Part shown: positions 8,233 through 16,244 of the stretch, one piece after another
Numbering within the stretch: the stretch's first letter is position 1
Layout of the letters: every line of letters starts with the position of its first letter
IMG/VR virus record: IMGVR_UViG_3300022181_000144
Location: 1-38,409 of that record
Strand: one strand, 5' to 3'
From: a virus
Lineage: Duplodnaviria; Caudoviricetes
Length of the DNA: 38,409 nt
Made by a program: the position numbers and the translations under genes
Notes under the pieces: generated by a model
Databases searched by the model: none
Seen by the model: only the letters and a program-made list of their open reading frames with translations
Told to the model about the DNA's origin: nothing

Positions 8233-9013
8233 AGCCCCCTTGTTCAAACGCCTGTTCCTGGACATCGAGACGAGCCCGAACACTGTCCTTTCCTGGCGCG
8301 TTGGGGGCAAGGTCTACCTGGACCACGAGAACATTCTCACCGAGCGGGCCATCATCATGGTGGGCTGGAAGTGGGAACACCAATCCCGCGTCAACGTCTG
8401 GACGTGGAACGACGGCGACGACGCCTCCCTCCTCAAAGCCATCCTCCCGATCCTCGACGAAGCCGACGAGATCGTGGCCCACAACGGCAACCACTTCGAC
8501 CTGCCCTGGATTCGCACCCGTTGCCTTTTCCACGGTATCCCCTGCAACTGGGACTACCGCAGCCTGGACACCCTGGCCGAAGCCCGTCGCCGCCTCTACC
8601 TGAACTCCAACAAACTGGACTACATTTCCCGTTACGTAGGACGGCAGGGCAAAATCAAAACCGATTTCGACCTATGGAAACGGGTTCTCGACGGCCAGTA
8701 CAACGCCCTCCAGGAAATGATTCGGTACTGTCGCCAAGACGTACTGGAGCTTGAACAGGTCTTCCAGAAACTGGCCCCCTACATCGCAGCCCGCACCCAT
8801 CGCGGCGTAGCGGAAGGCGGCTCCAAGTGGCAATGCCCACACTGCGGCTCCGCCCAGGTCCTGGTCAACAAGACCCGCACCACCGCTTTCGGCATCCAGA
8901 GGAAGGTGATGAAGTGCCGCAAGTGCACCCGCTATTACACCATCTGCATGACCGCCCACGACCAGATGATTGAAGAGAGAATCAAGGACCCTGATGTTCA
9001 GGAGGAGAAATGA
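8219..9013 (+). CDS. RNase H-fold DEDD 3'-5' exonuclease with C-terminal zinc ribbon
   Basis: LFLDIET, VAHNGNHFDLP, SNKLDY and YCRQDV motifs; CPHC...CRKC. Confidence 0.85.
   Translation: MPMPKAPLFKRLFLDIETSPNTVLSWRVGGKVYLDHENILTERAIIMVGWKWEHQSRVNVWTWNDGDDASLLKAILPILDEADEIVAHNGNHFDLPWIRTRCLFHGIPCNWDYRSLDTLAEARRRLYLNSNKLDYISRYVGRQGKIKTDFDLWKRVLDGQYNALQEMIRYCRQDVLELEQVFQKLAPYIAARTHRGVAEGGSKWQCPHCGSAQVLVNKTRTTAFGIQRKVMKCRKCTRYYTICMTAHDQMIEERIKDPDVQEEK
8984..8999 (+). repeat. Dispersed motif copy 7 (read as KDPDV near the C-terminus)
   Basis: Exact 16-mer, directly followed by the AGGAGG RBS of the next ORF. Confidence 0.97.
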
Positions 9014-9150
9014 GTACGGATACGATTACCTGTTCCCAGTGTGAAAAGTACGACGCGGAGAATCAAGTCTGTCGGCTCACCGGGGACAAAGAACAGCCCA
9101 CGAGTGCCGTGTGCGAAGACTCCCCGCTATTCTTCAAAAGGAAACTCTAA
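9010..9150 (+). CDS. Small four-cysteine protein (46 aa, not in ORF track)
   Basis: RBS AGGAGG and ATGA overlap; translates as MSTDTITCSQCEKYDAENQVCRLTGDKEQPTSAVCEDSPLFFKRKL; TAATG coupling to the next gene. Confidence 0.65.
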   Translation: MSTDTITCSQCEKYDAENQVCRLTGDKEQPTSAVCEDSPLFFKRKL

Positions 9151-9404
9151 TGGGTGCCCGGCCCCTTTACTCTCGTGAGCAGGAGCAGCAGATCCATGCT
9201 TGGTTCGCCAGGAATTGGCACGTTCTGCCCCTGTTCACCATCAAGGAGCTTGCGGCCAGGGCCACGCTGGACCTGGGGTTCCCCATCCGCTGGTGGAAGG
9301 CCAAGCAGTTCGCCGTCTTCACCAAAGGCCCAGGACGCCCCACAGGACCCCGAACATCAGGGTCCTTAAAACGCAAACCCAGGGCTTCCGGCTTCGTCGA
9401 TTGA
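9150..9404 (+). CDS. Small basic hypothetical protein, possibly DNA-binding
   Basis: TAATG coupling; TIKELAARATLDLG helix and a basic GPGRP tail. Confidence 0.5.
   Translation: MGARPLYSREQEQQIHAWFARNWHVLPLFTIKELAARATLDLGFPIRWWKAKQFAVFTKGPGRPTGPRTSGSLKRKPRASGFVD
9352..9368 (-). repeat. Dispersed motif copy 8
   Basis: Exact reverse-complement 17-mer; provides the TAA of CDS 9366-12341. Confidence 0.97.
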
Positions 9405-12341
9405 CTGAGCCATATGCCCCATCGCCCCCAGAGATACCGCTTCTTCAAAGAAGGGGCGGTACTCTTGGGGGAACCCCTCCATGATCCGCTGGGCTCTTGT
9501 CAATTGCCGGCGATTCCGCAGGGCGGTCAGGTCCGACTTCTTGAACTGGATCGGCCCCAGTTGCGGGTACTTCTTCTGCCACTGGGCCTGAATCGCGTTG
9601 GCCTTTTCAGTGTTGCCGTCCGCCACCGCCTGCACGAAGGCCCGCCGGAACTCCCGGATCTTCTCCCGCTGGGCCAGCATCCACTTCACCGTAGCCTGCT
9701 CCTGGGAGGCATCCATTGTATTGATCCCCAGCCCCCGCAACGCAAGCTGGAAGGGGGTTTCATTCCGTAGAAGGTAGCCCTCTTTGTTGTACATGGGAAT
9801 CGTGCCGTCGGGATTCTGGGCGTTGTAGTCTGCGTATTTGGGATGCCAGTTCCGCCACATTCTTCGCAGGGCCAGCCCGCCGGGAGTCAACATCGCCCCT
9901 GCTTTGCCCGGCAAGCCCTCGTAATCGCCCTTGGAAAGGCTCGATACGATGTCCCCAGCAAGCCCTATGGCGGGGGGAACCAGCGGCCAGGGGTAGAAGG
10001 GGCTCTCCTCATATTCGGGGAAGGGAAGGGCACTGAAGGCCATCGCAGGCCCCACGTCCAGCCCCACCAGATTCTTGAACACGGTGTAGAGCCCGGCGGA
10101 CCCGGCCATCGTTCTTCCCAACACTCCGGTGGAAATCTTCCGGGGGTCGGGATGGAAAGCCAGGGACCCATACAACCATTCCCCAAACCGCAAGGGGAAG
10201 TGCATGAACTGACGCCCCAGGGCCGGAACGCTGCGGATCGCACTGGGGATACCCAACGCTCCGCCGCCGAACTGCGTCAGCAGCGTCAGGTTTCTGGCGA
10301 CCTTGCCCGCCGCCTCGGTTGCCATCCCCTCCGTGGTGGCCGCTCCGTGGGCTGCATAGAACGCCCAAAGCCGGTTGAGCTTCTCAGAGGCGGCGAACGG
10401 ACCCATCATCACGGAGGTCATTTTGTTCCATCCGCTCTTCGCCATTGACCCCACCGAGGCCGCTTCTTTCGCCACGTCCCCCGCCGCCATCGCCTTGAGC
10501 ATGTGCTCGTAACCGAACTGCTTGTAGTATTCGTCGAAGTTCTTCTGGAACGCCTTGTTGAACTCCATGCCCCCGGTCATGTCATCCGCCAGCCCGCTGA
10601 GTTTCCCGGCCACCGTTCCCAGCCCTTTGGCGGTATTCGCTGGCCCCAGGAAATTGGCGGTCGTGATGAAGTTCTGAAACAGGTTCTTCGAGACCGGGCT
10701 GAGGTTCAGGCCCAGGGAGGAGACATACAACAAGGAGGCCAATCGGCCCCCCAGAGACTGCTCGTTGATCTTGCCGTCCAAGCCATCGAGAATCCACTTC
10801 CGCACCGACCCCGGAATCTGCTTGGAAACCGGACTTCCGGATTGCAGCCACTCCCGCACCTTGAGCTTGGAATCATCGAACCATACCCGGCGGGCATACT
10901 CTTTGGGGGTTTGCATCCCCCGAAGCGTAGGCCGCAGGTTCAATTCGTACATGTCCCGCTGCCAGCGTTCGATCTTGAACGCATGAGGACCCGTCTTGGC
11001 GAAGATCGAATCCAGTTCCTTACCCATGCCCTTCGAGAGCCAAGCATACGTCGGCCCCATCGACCGGATATACTTCGGCATCCACTTGAAGGGGTCCATC
11101 GTAAATCGAGCCGGATTGATTCGTTCCGCCAGCATGTCCACCAGATGGGGCAGGGACCCCGGATCGACCTTCGTATGATACCTCATGCTGTCCATGATGA
11201 TCTTGCCCGTCTCTTTGGGCAATCCACCAATGACCAGAATACGGGAGAGCCCTTTGGCGTACATATCGAACGTCTTGTCGCTGGCCCCCTGCGCCTCCAG
11301 GATTTTCACCGTCTCTGCGTACATGGAGATTTGTTCGTGAAGCTGTGCGGTTCGATGCTCCCCGAACTTCACCAACTTCTGGAACTGCTGGGGGTCGAAC
11401 ACATCCTCAATCAACTTCAAGTCCGCTTCGTTCGGTAGCGACCACCCCCGTCGAACCTTGGCCGACGAAGCAATCCCGGAAGCCGGACCCATCCCCCGGA
11501 GCATCCCCTCGTACTCCTTCGCTGCGGCCTTGGTCCCTCCCCCCAACCATGCCTCCAACCCTTTCCTCGCCGTATGCCGGGGGGCGTACCCATGCTCCAC
11601 CCACTCCACGCCCTTATCCAGCAACTCCTCAATAATCTGGTCGGAGTTCGGCACCTTGAGTACTTCACTTCCCGCCGTATCCAACAGCCTCCGCATCGAG
11701 ACAGCCATTTCCTTAACCTCCGGGACCATCGCTTTTTCCAGCCCCGGAGTCATAATCCCTTTGATCCCCACCTGTTTGGCAAGAGGGGCCTCCGCCGTAT
11801 GAAATCCCCTCAGGTAGGCATCCACCAGCCTACGCTCTCTTTCCGTAATCGCCCGCCCCAGTTTCTGCTGGGTCGTTTTGACGATGTTCTGCCAGTCATC
11901 CCCATGCCGCGCCTGAAACTCCGCGATGGTCTGCACCACGTCCATCGTCTTATCCATCAACCCGGTATGCCACAAACTCCGCAACGCCGTGAACGGACTG
12001 AGCAGCCCCCGGATGAAAGGGTTCACCTTCCGCATGTACTGCGTCCCCTCGGACATCGCAGCCCCCAGTTGCGAAATGTTCATGGTCTTGCCCCAGGGAC
12101 CCGCCGCCATGACAATCCCCAACCACAGAATCGGGTTGGTCGCCAACTCCTTGGCCGTCTTGATGAAAGGATTCTCGTTCAGCTTCCCGTTATTCGACAG
12201 TCTATCCCCCAGCCTCTTGAGTTCTTCCGGGGTCAAATCCATCGGAGAGAACAAAGCCGCCGTCGCTCCATCCAGATCCATCCGCACCAGATTCGATCCG
12301 AATAGACTGCCTCTGTCGTACAGATTCACCGGGACTGCCAT
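9366..12341 (-). CDS. Large internal virion / DNA ejection-like protein (991 aa)
   Basis: Large helical Ala/Gly-rich protein, last in the structural operon; hydrophobic C-terminal segments (LGLNLSP, SEKLNR, QFMHFP). Positional inference. Confidence 0.6.
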   Translation of the reverse strand: MAVPVNLYDRGSLFGSNLVRMDLDGATAALFSPMDLTPEELKRLGDRLSNNGKLNENPFIKTAKELATNPILWLGIVMAAGPWGKTMNISQLGAAMSEGTQYMRKVNPFIRGLLSPFTALRSLWHTGLMDKTMDVVQTIAEFQARHGDDWQNIVKTTQQKLGRAITERERRLVDAYLRGFHTAEAPLAKQVGIKGIMTPGLEKAMVPEVKEMAVSMRRLLDTAGSEVLKVPNSDQIIEELLDKGVEWVEHGYAPRHTARKGLEAWLGGGTKAAAKEYEGMLRGMGPASGIASSAKVRRGWSLPNEADLKLIEDVFDPQQFQKLVKFGEHRTAQLHEQISMYAETVKILEAQGASDKTFDMYAKGLSRILVIGGLPKETGKIIMDSMRYHTKVDPGSLPHLVDMLAERINPARFTMDPFKWMPKYIRSMGPTYAWLSKGMGKELDSIFAKTGPHAFKIERWQRDMYELNLRPTLRGMQTPKEYARRVWFDDSKLKVREWLQSGSPVSKQIPGSVRKWILDGLDGKINEQSLGGRLASLLYVSSLGLNLSPVSKNLFQNFITTANFLGPANTAKGLGTVAGKLSGLADDMTGGMEFNKAFQKNFDEYYKQFGYEHMLKAMAAGDVAKEAASVGSMAKSGWNKMTSVMMGPFAASEKLNRLWAFYAAHGAATTEGMATEAAGKVARNLTLLTQFGGGALGIPSAIRSVPALGRQFMHFPLRFGEWLYGSLAFHPDPRKISTGVLGRTMAGSAGLYTVFKNLVGLDVGPAMAFSALPFPEYEESPFYPWPLVPPAIGLAGDIVSSLSKGDYEGLPGKAGAMLTPGGLALRRMWRNWHPKYADYNAQNPDGTIPMYNKEGYLLRNETPFQLALRGLGINTMDASQEQATVKWMLAQREKIREFRRAFVQAVADGNTEKANAIQAQWQKKYPQLGPIQFKKSDLTALRNRRQLTRAQRIMEGFPQEYRPFFEEAVSLGAMGHMAQSIDEAGSPGFAF

Positions 12342-13178
12342 TTAGATGGTCTCCTCACTCGATACTTTCATGGGTTGGCCGAACTGCCGTTGAAACAAAG
12401 CCGCCTGCGTCGCCTGTAACTGGGCATCCAGCATGGGATTTCCCCCCATCGCCGACGGATTCAACGCCTGTTGAATCTGACCATACTGCTGCGACGTGGC
12501 ATATTCGCTCTGCTGCTGGCCCAACGACCGATTCAAATACCACGACAACACCGCCTGGAGCAGCATCGGAGCCGCCATCGCCCCAATCCCCTTGACCCCA
12601 CCCAGCATCTTCGTCGCCTTCGCCAGATTCGGGCTCAACGTAATCCTCGGCGGCTTCTTCGCCTGCGACGCCATTTCATTCACTACAGCCGTCAGCCCCG
12701 CAGTCGCCGGAGCCCCCACCTGCCCCATCTTACGGACGGCATCCACTGCGGCTTGCCGATGGACCCCAGGTTCCAACTCAAACGGAGGCATCTGATTCTT
12801 ACTTGCTTCAATTTCCAGGGCCGTAGGAATCACATCCGGAGACGTAGGCGGTACATTCACCCCACCCAATTCCCGCTTCACCCCAGCGAACTCCACCAAG
12901 GTTTTCCTGGCCCGCGAAACCACCTTGAGGACTTCCTGCGATCCGCCTTTACCCTTCTGTTTCGCAAGGACTTTCCGCAGTTCCCCCAGAATCTTCACTT
13001 GGCTGGCGTCATCGTCCGTAGTCTGCATGACCGTCTGCAACAGCTTCCCCACAGCGTCATCCCCACGGAGACCGCGACCCTTCCGGGCCATCATTTCCTT
13101 GAGAGTCTCCCCCAGGGACATTGCCGTTCTTAGATCCGTCGCTTTGGACAAAGCCGCGATCAGTTCTTTCTGGTTCAT
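12342..13178 (-). CDS. Putative internal virion/ejection protein
   Basis: Helical, Gln/Ala-rich with one hydrophobic segment; operon position. Confidence 0.5.
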   Translation of the reverse strand: MNQKELIAALSKATDLRTAMSLGETLKEMMARKGRGLRGDDAVGKLLQTVMQTTDDDASQVKILGELRKVLAKQKGKGGSQEVLKVVSRARKTLVEFAGVKRELGGVNVPPTSPDVIPTALEIEASKNQMPPFELEPGVHRQAAVDAVRKMGQVGAPATAGLTAVVNEMASQAKKPPRITLSPNLAKATKMLGGVKGIGAMAAPMLLQAVLSWYLNRSLGQQQSEYATSQQYGQIQQALNPSAMGGNPMLDAQLQATQAALFQRQFGQPMKVSSEETI

Positions 13179-13188
13179 CAATCACCCC

Positions 13189-13605
13189 TTACCGCTGAAG
13201 ATACATGGACATTGGAAGAGCCCCGCCACCGCTGGTCTGCGTCTGCTGCCCCGCGATAGCCCCGGCCTGCTGGACCATTCCCATCAACATCTGAAGCCGC
13301 TGGTCCTGCGCCCCTAGTTGCACGCCCAGAATCTGGTTGGCCGTTTCCCAGTCCCGATCCTTCCGGGTCTGGGTCCCCAGTTCCTTCTGCGCCTGCATCA
13401 GGGCTTCCCGTTTCTTGCGGTCCATATCCCTGGTCGCAGTCTCCGTAGCTCCCTTCACATACGTATCCAGGTCCATCTGCCGTCGCAGATTCTTCTTATC
13501 CTTGTAGTACCCCATGATCGACCCACCCGCCTGAGCCCCCATGAGCCCCAAGAACGCCAACTGCAAGAGCAACGGAATCGTAACCGCAAACGCCAACATA
13601 TCCAT
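13189..13605 (-). CDS. Putative ejection protein with N-terminal hydrophobic segment
   Basis: RBS AAGGAGG; hydrophobic Gly-rich N-terminus followed by coiled coil. Confidence 0.55.
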   Translation of the reverse strand: MDMLAFAVTIPLLLQLAFLGLMGAQAGGSIMGYYKDKKNLRRQMDLDTYVKGATETATRDMDRKKREALMQAQKELGTQTRKDRDWETANQILGVQLGAQDQRLQMLMGMVQQAGAIAGQQTQTSGGGALPMSMYLQR

Positions 13606-13624
13606 ATGATCCTCCTTCTGTTTC

Positions 13625-13641
13625 TAAGGACCCTGATGTTC
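13625..13641 (+). repeat. Dispersed motif copy 9 (intergenic)
   Basis: Exact 17-mer, 1 nt from the stop of CDS 13643-15052. Confidence 0.97.
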
Positions 13642-13642
13642 C

Positions 13643-15052
13643 TTACAGGGACCCTTGTAGTTGGTCCAACACATCGAACAAACCCGGAATCGACACGGAC
13701 CCCATCAGGTCGTCCAGCGAACCGCCGCTATCGTCCATCTGTTTAATCAACTGGCCGGGGTGCCCACCGTGATACTGGGTGATGATTTCCCCCACGACCT
13801 TCTGAACATCAGGGTCCTGGCTCATGGCGGTAGCCAGAATACTAGCCCGAAAATTCTTGAGCCTCATGTACTCCTTGCCACGTTCCGCCAGAAACTTACG
13901 AGAGTTCTCAGCTTCCCGTTTGGCATTGACTGCCCCAATACCCCCTTCAAAATCAATCTGCCGTTTTTCTTCACGGCTAGAAAGGGAATACTCCTTTTCA
14001 GACATCAATCGCGCCGAAGGTTTCTCCACTTCGAGGATTTGCTCCAATGCGCCGTCCACCATCGGTAGGAGTTTCTCGAAATCGGCCCGCGACAGCTTAC
14101 CCTCCTTAATCACGCGGCATAGACCGTGATACCCACTCCCACTTAACCCCGTTAAATTGTCAAGGGAAAGCCCCGACGACGCCAATACCGGGGCAAAAGC
14201 TGCGTCTACTGCGGCCTTGAGTTCACGGCTAGGGGTTTCCCCTTTCGGTATTGTGAAAGACGGATTATTGGCTAGAGTGCTCTTCATTTCGTCTTTAATC
14301 GCCTTAAGGTATCCGTCCTTCTGCTCCGCTTCGTTGCGGGACCGCAGGGCAGCGATAGTCTGCTTGGTGCTCTTGTCCGTCATCTGCATCGCCTGCCCCA
14401 TCATGCCCATCGTGGTCTTGATCCGGGCCTTGGCCATTTCGATGTCGGCCTTCTTGAAGTTCGTTTCCAGCTTGTGCTGGCGGTCCTGCAAGGCCCGCAT
14501 CTCCGCGTAGTAATCGTCCGACCGCTCCTTCTCCGCCCGTTGAGCATTAGTCTGGAGTTCCTTCTGGGCCTGGATCTCCCGGCCCTGCATGGTCAACTGG
14601 AGATTCTCCGAAGCTCCCGCCTCTTTGTCACGCTGCTGAAACTCCTCCCGCTGCCGCTCCCTCGCAGCCTCGATCTCCATGCGCATCAGGTCTGCGGCGT
14701 GCTGGGCGCCATACTTGGTATTCCACCGCTCGAAATCCTGAGCCAACCGCTGGCTCTCCCGCTCCGCCGCAATCTGGGCCTGCTGGAGCCGCTGCTGCAA
14801 CTGGCGGTCCAACTCCTTGCCCGCAGCAATGGCATCCAACTCCTGCCGCTGCATCGCCTGCTGAGCCGCCGTCTGCTCCCGCTGCATCTGCATATTGTTG
14901 GCATCGGTCCTCTGCTGCTGCTGAAGCTGCCGGGCCTGAAGGAACTGATCCTGGGCGAACTGCCTCCGCTGCCCGCCTTTCTGGGCCATCAACTGCTGGG
15001 ACTGTTGGCTAATTCCCGTACTCGTTTGAATTTGTGGTGTTTGCACCGGCAT
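13643..15052 (-). CDS. Gln-rich coiled-coil protein, putative ejection protein
   Basis: Long Q/E/R heptad-like N-terminal half; RBS GAGG. Confidence 0.55.
   Translation of the reverse strand: MPVQTPQIQTSTGISQQSQQLMAQKGGQRRQFAQDQFLQARQLQQQQRTDANNMQMQREQTAAQQAMQRQELDAIAAGKELDRQLQQRLQQAQIAAERESQRLAQDFERWNTKYGAQHAADLMRMEIEAARERQREEFQQRDKEAGASENLQLTMQGREIQAQKELQTNAQRAEKERSDDYYAEMRALQDRQHKLETNFKKADIEMAKARIKTTMGMMGQAMQMTDKSTKQTIAALRSRNEAEQKDGYLKAIKDEMKSTLANNPSFTIPKGETPSRELKAAVDAAFAPVLASSGLSLDNLTGLSGSGYHGLCRVIKEGKLSRADFEKLLPMVDGALEQILEVEKPSARLMSEKEYSLSSREEKRQIDFEGGIGAVNAKREAENSRKFLAERGKEYMRLKNFRASILATAMSQDPDVQKVVGEIITQYHGGHPGQLIKQMDDSGGSLDDLMGSVSIPGLFDVLDQLQGSL
13804..13818 (-). repeat. Dispersed motif copy 10 (15-bp match, intragenic QDPDV)
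   Basis: GAACATCAGGGTCCT on +. Confidence 0.92.
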
Positions 15053-15063
15053 AAGTTACCTCG

Positions 15064-16200
15064 CTACTTACTCTGCGACGAAGATGCAGGTTGTGAACTT
15101 TTTGAGTTAGAAGTCTGAGATGGTGAAGTTGTCGTAGTATTTGACCAATGAGTTGGCACCCCTCCACCATACTCCATAATGGATAAACTAGGGGCGGGCG
15201 TATTTGCGGCCTTCATCTCTGCGATGTACTCCAGGAAAGGCAGAGTGTCCAACCGCAGGACGCTCATCCCCCCGATGCTGGAAACCAGATTATCCATCTG
15301 GAGGGCCTTGAAGTTCTCGACCTGGAGGGCCAACTCCGCTTCCTTGAACGCATACTCCGCTTTGGCCTGAGCCGCGAGAGCCAGAGTATTCACATGCTGC
15401 TGCTCCGCCGTTCCGATCTGCTGGCTCGCGGACAACCCGGCGGACGAACGACCCTGAGCCAATTCCACGCCGATCTGGGCCTTGAGCGTATCGTACTGTG
15501 CATGAATGTTCGAGATCGCCAGTTGCAGGCTCCTCGACTTGCTCTGAAGAAACTGGCTGTGCTCCGGCGAACCCCGCCCATACGTGGACACAATGTCCCT
15601 TTCCGCACCCACCATTTCGGACACCGTGCCCTGCACCTGACTCTGGAGGGCCTGCGTCTTGGCGAAATCCAGATTCGCCCCGACATCCTGGATCGCCATA
15701 TCCAGCCGATCCATGACCAAGGCCATCCGCTTATTGGCCGACGCCACGTATTCATCCGCCTTGCCGACCGCCGTATCCCACGCCTGACTGGCCGCAGAAT
15801 ACCCGGAGTTGAGCTTCAAAGCGAGATTATCCGCCTGCTGCATCGCGTTGATCGTCGAAGCCCCGGCAAGCTCCAGGGCCGTTCCCTGGGCCTGCCCCTG
15901 CTTCTCCATCGCTTCTTTCTGTTTCAATAAGTTATCCCGCGCCGCCAATGCCTGTTGCTGCGTTGGAGACACAAGATCCTTATTGTAAATTTTTGTATTC
16001 CCGATGGCAGAATAACTCCCCTTGGGGTCGGCCATTTGCATCGTCTCCTTGGCCGAAGGAATGTGCCCTACAATCGGCTGGCGGAGGCTGGCCGACAAGT
16101 CCTGAATCCGCTTGTTGATCGCATCGTAGTCGTACCCGCCGCCCGTCGTCTTCACGAAGGGGTTGGTCGAAGCAGGCAGGTTCGTATTCGTCGTCGCCAT
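15064..16200 (-). CDS. Ala/Gln-rich helical protein, putative ejection protein
   Basis: RBS GGAGG; helical composition and Ser/Thr tail; follows the tail gene. Confidence 0.55.
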   Translation of the reverse strand: MATTNTNLPASTNPFVKTTGGGYDYDAINKRIQDLSASLRQPIVGHIPSAKETMQMADPKGSYSAIGNTKIYNKDLVSPTQQQALAARDNLLKQKEAMEKQGQAQGTALELAGASTINAMQQADNLALKLNSGYSAASQAWDTAVGKADEYVASANKRMALVMDRLDMAIQDVGANLDFAKTQALQSQVQGTVSEMVGAERDIVSTYGRGSPEHSQFLQSKSRSLQLAISNIHAQYDTLKAQIGVELAQGRSSAGLSASQQIGTAEQQHVNTLALAAQAKAEYAFKEAELALQVENFKALQMDNLVSSIGGMSVLRLDTLPFLEYIAEMKAANTPAPSLSIMEYGGGVPTHWSNTTTTSPSQTSNSKSSQPASSSQSK

Positions 16201-16227
16201 TCATTGTCCTCCCGCCAGAAATCCCTG

Positions 16228-16244
16228 GAACATCAGGGTCCTTA
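16228..16244 (-). repeat. Dispersed motif copy 11
   Basis: Exact reverse-complement 17-mer; provides the TAA of CDS 16242-18896. Confidence 0.97.

Noticed and set aside
9366-12341. Tape measure protein
   Set aside because: No tail tube, sheath or tail assembly chaperone genes recognised; gene order fits a short-tailed phage with ejection proteins.
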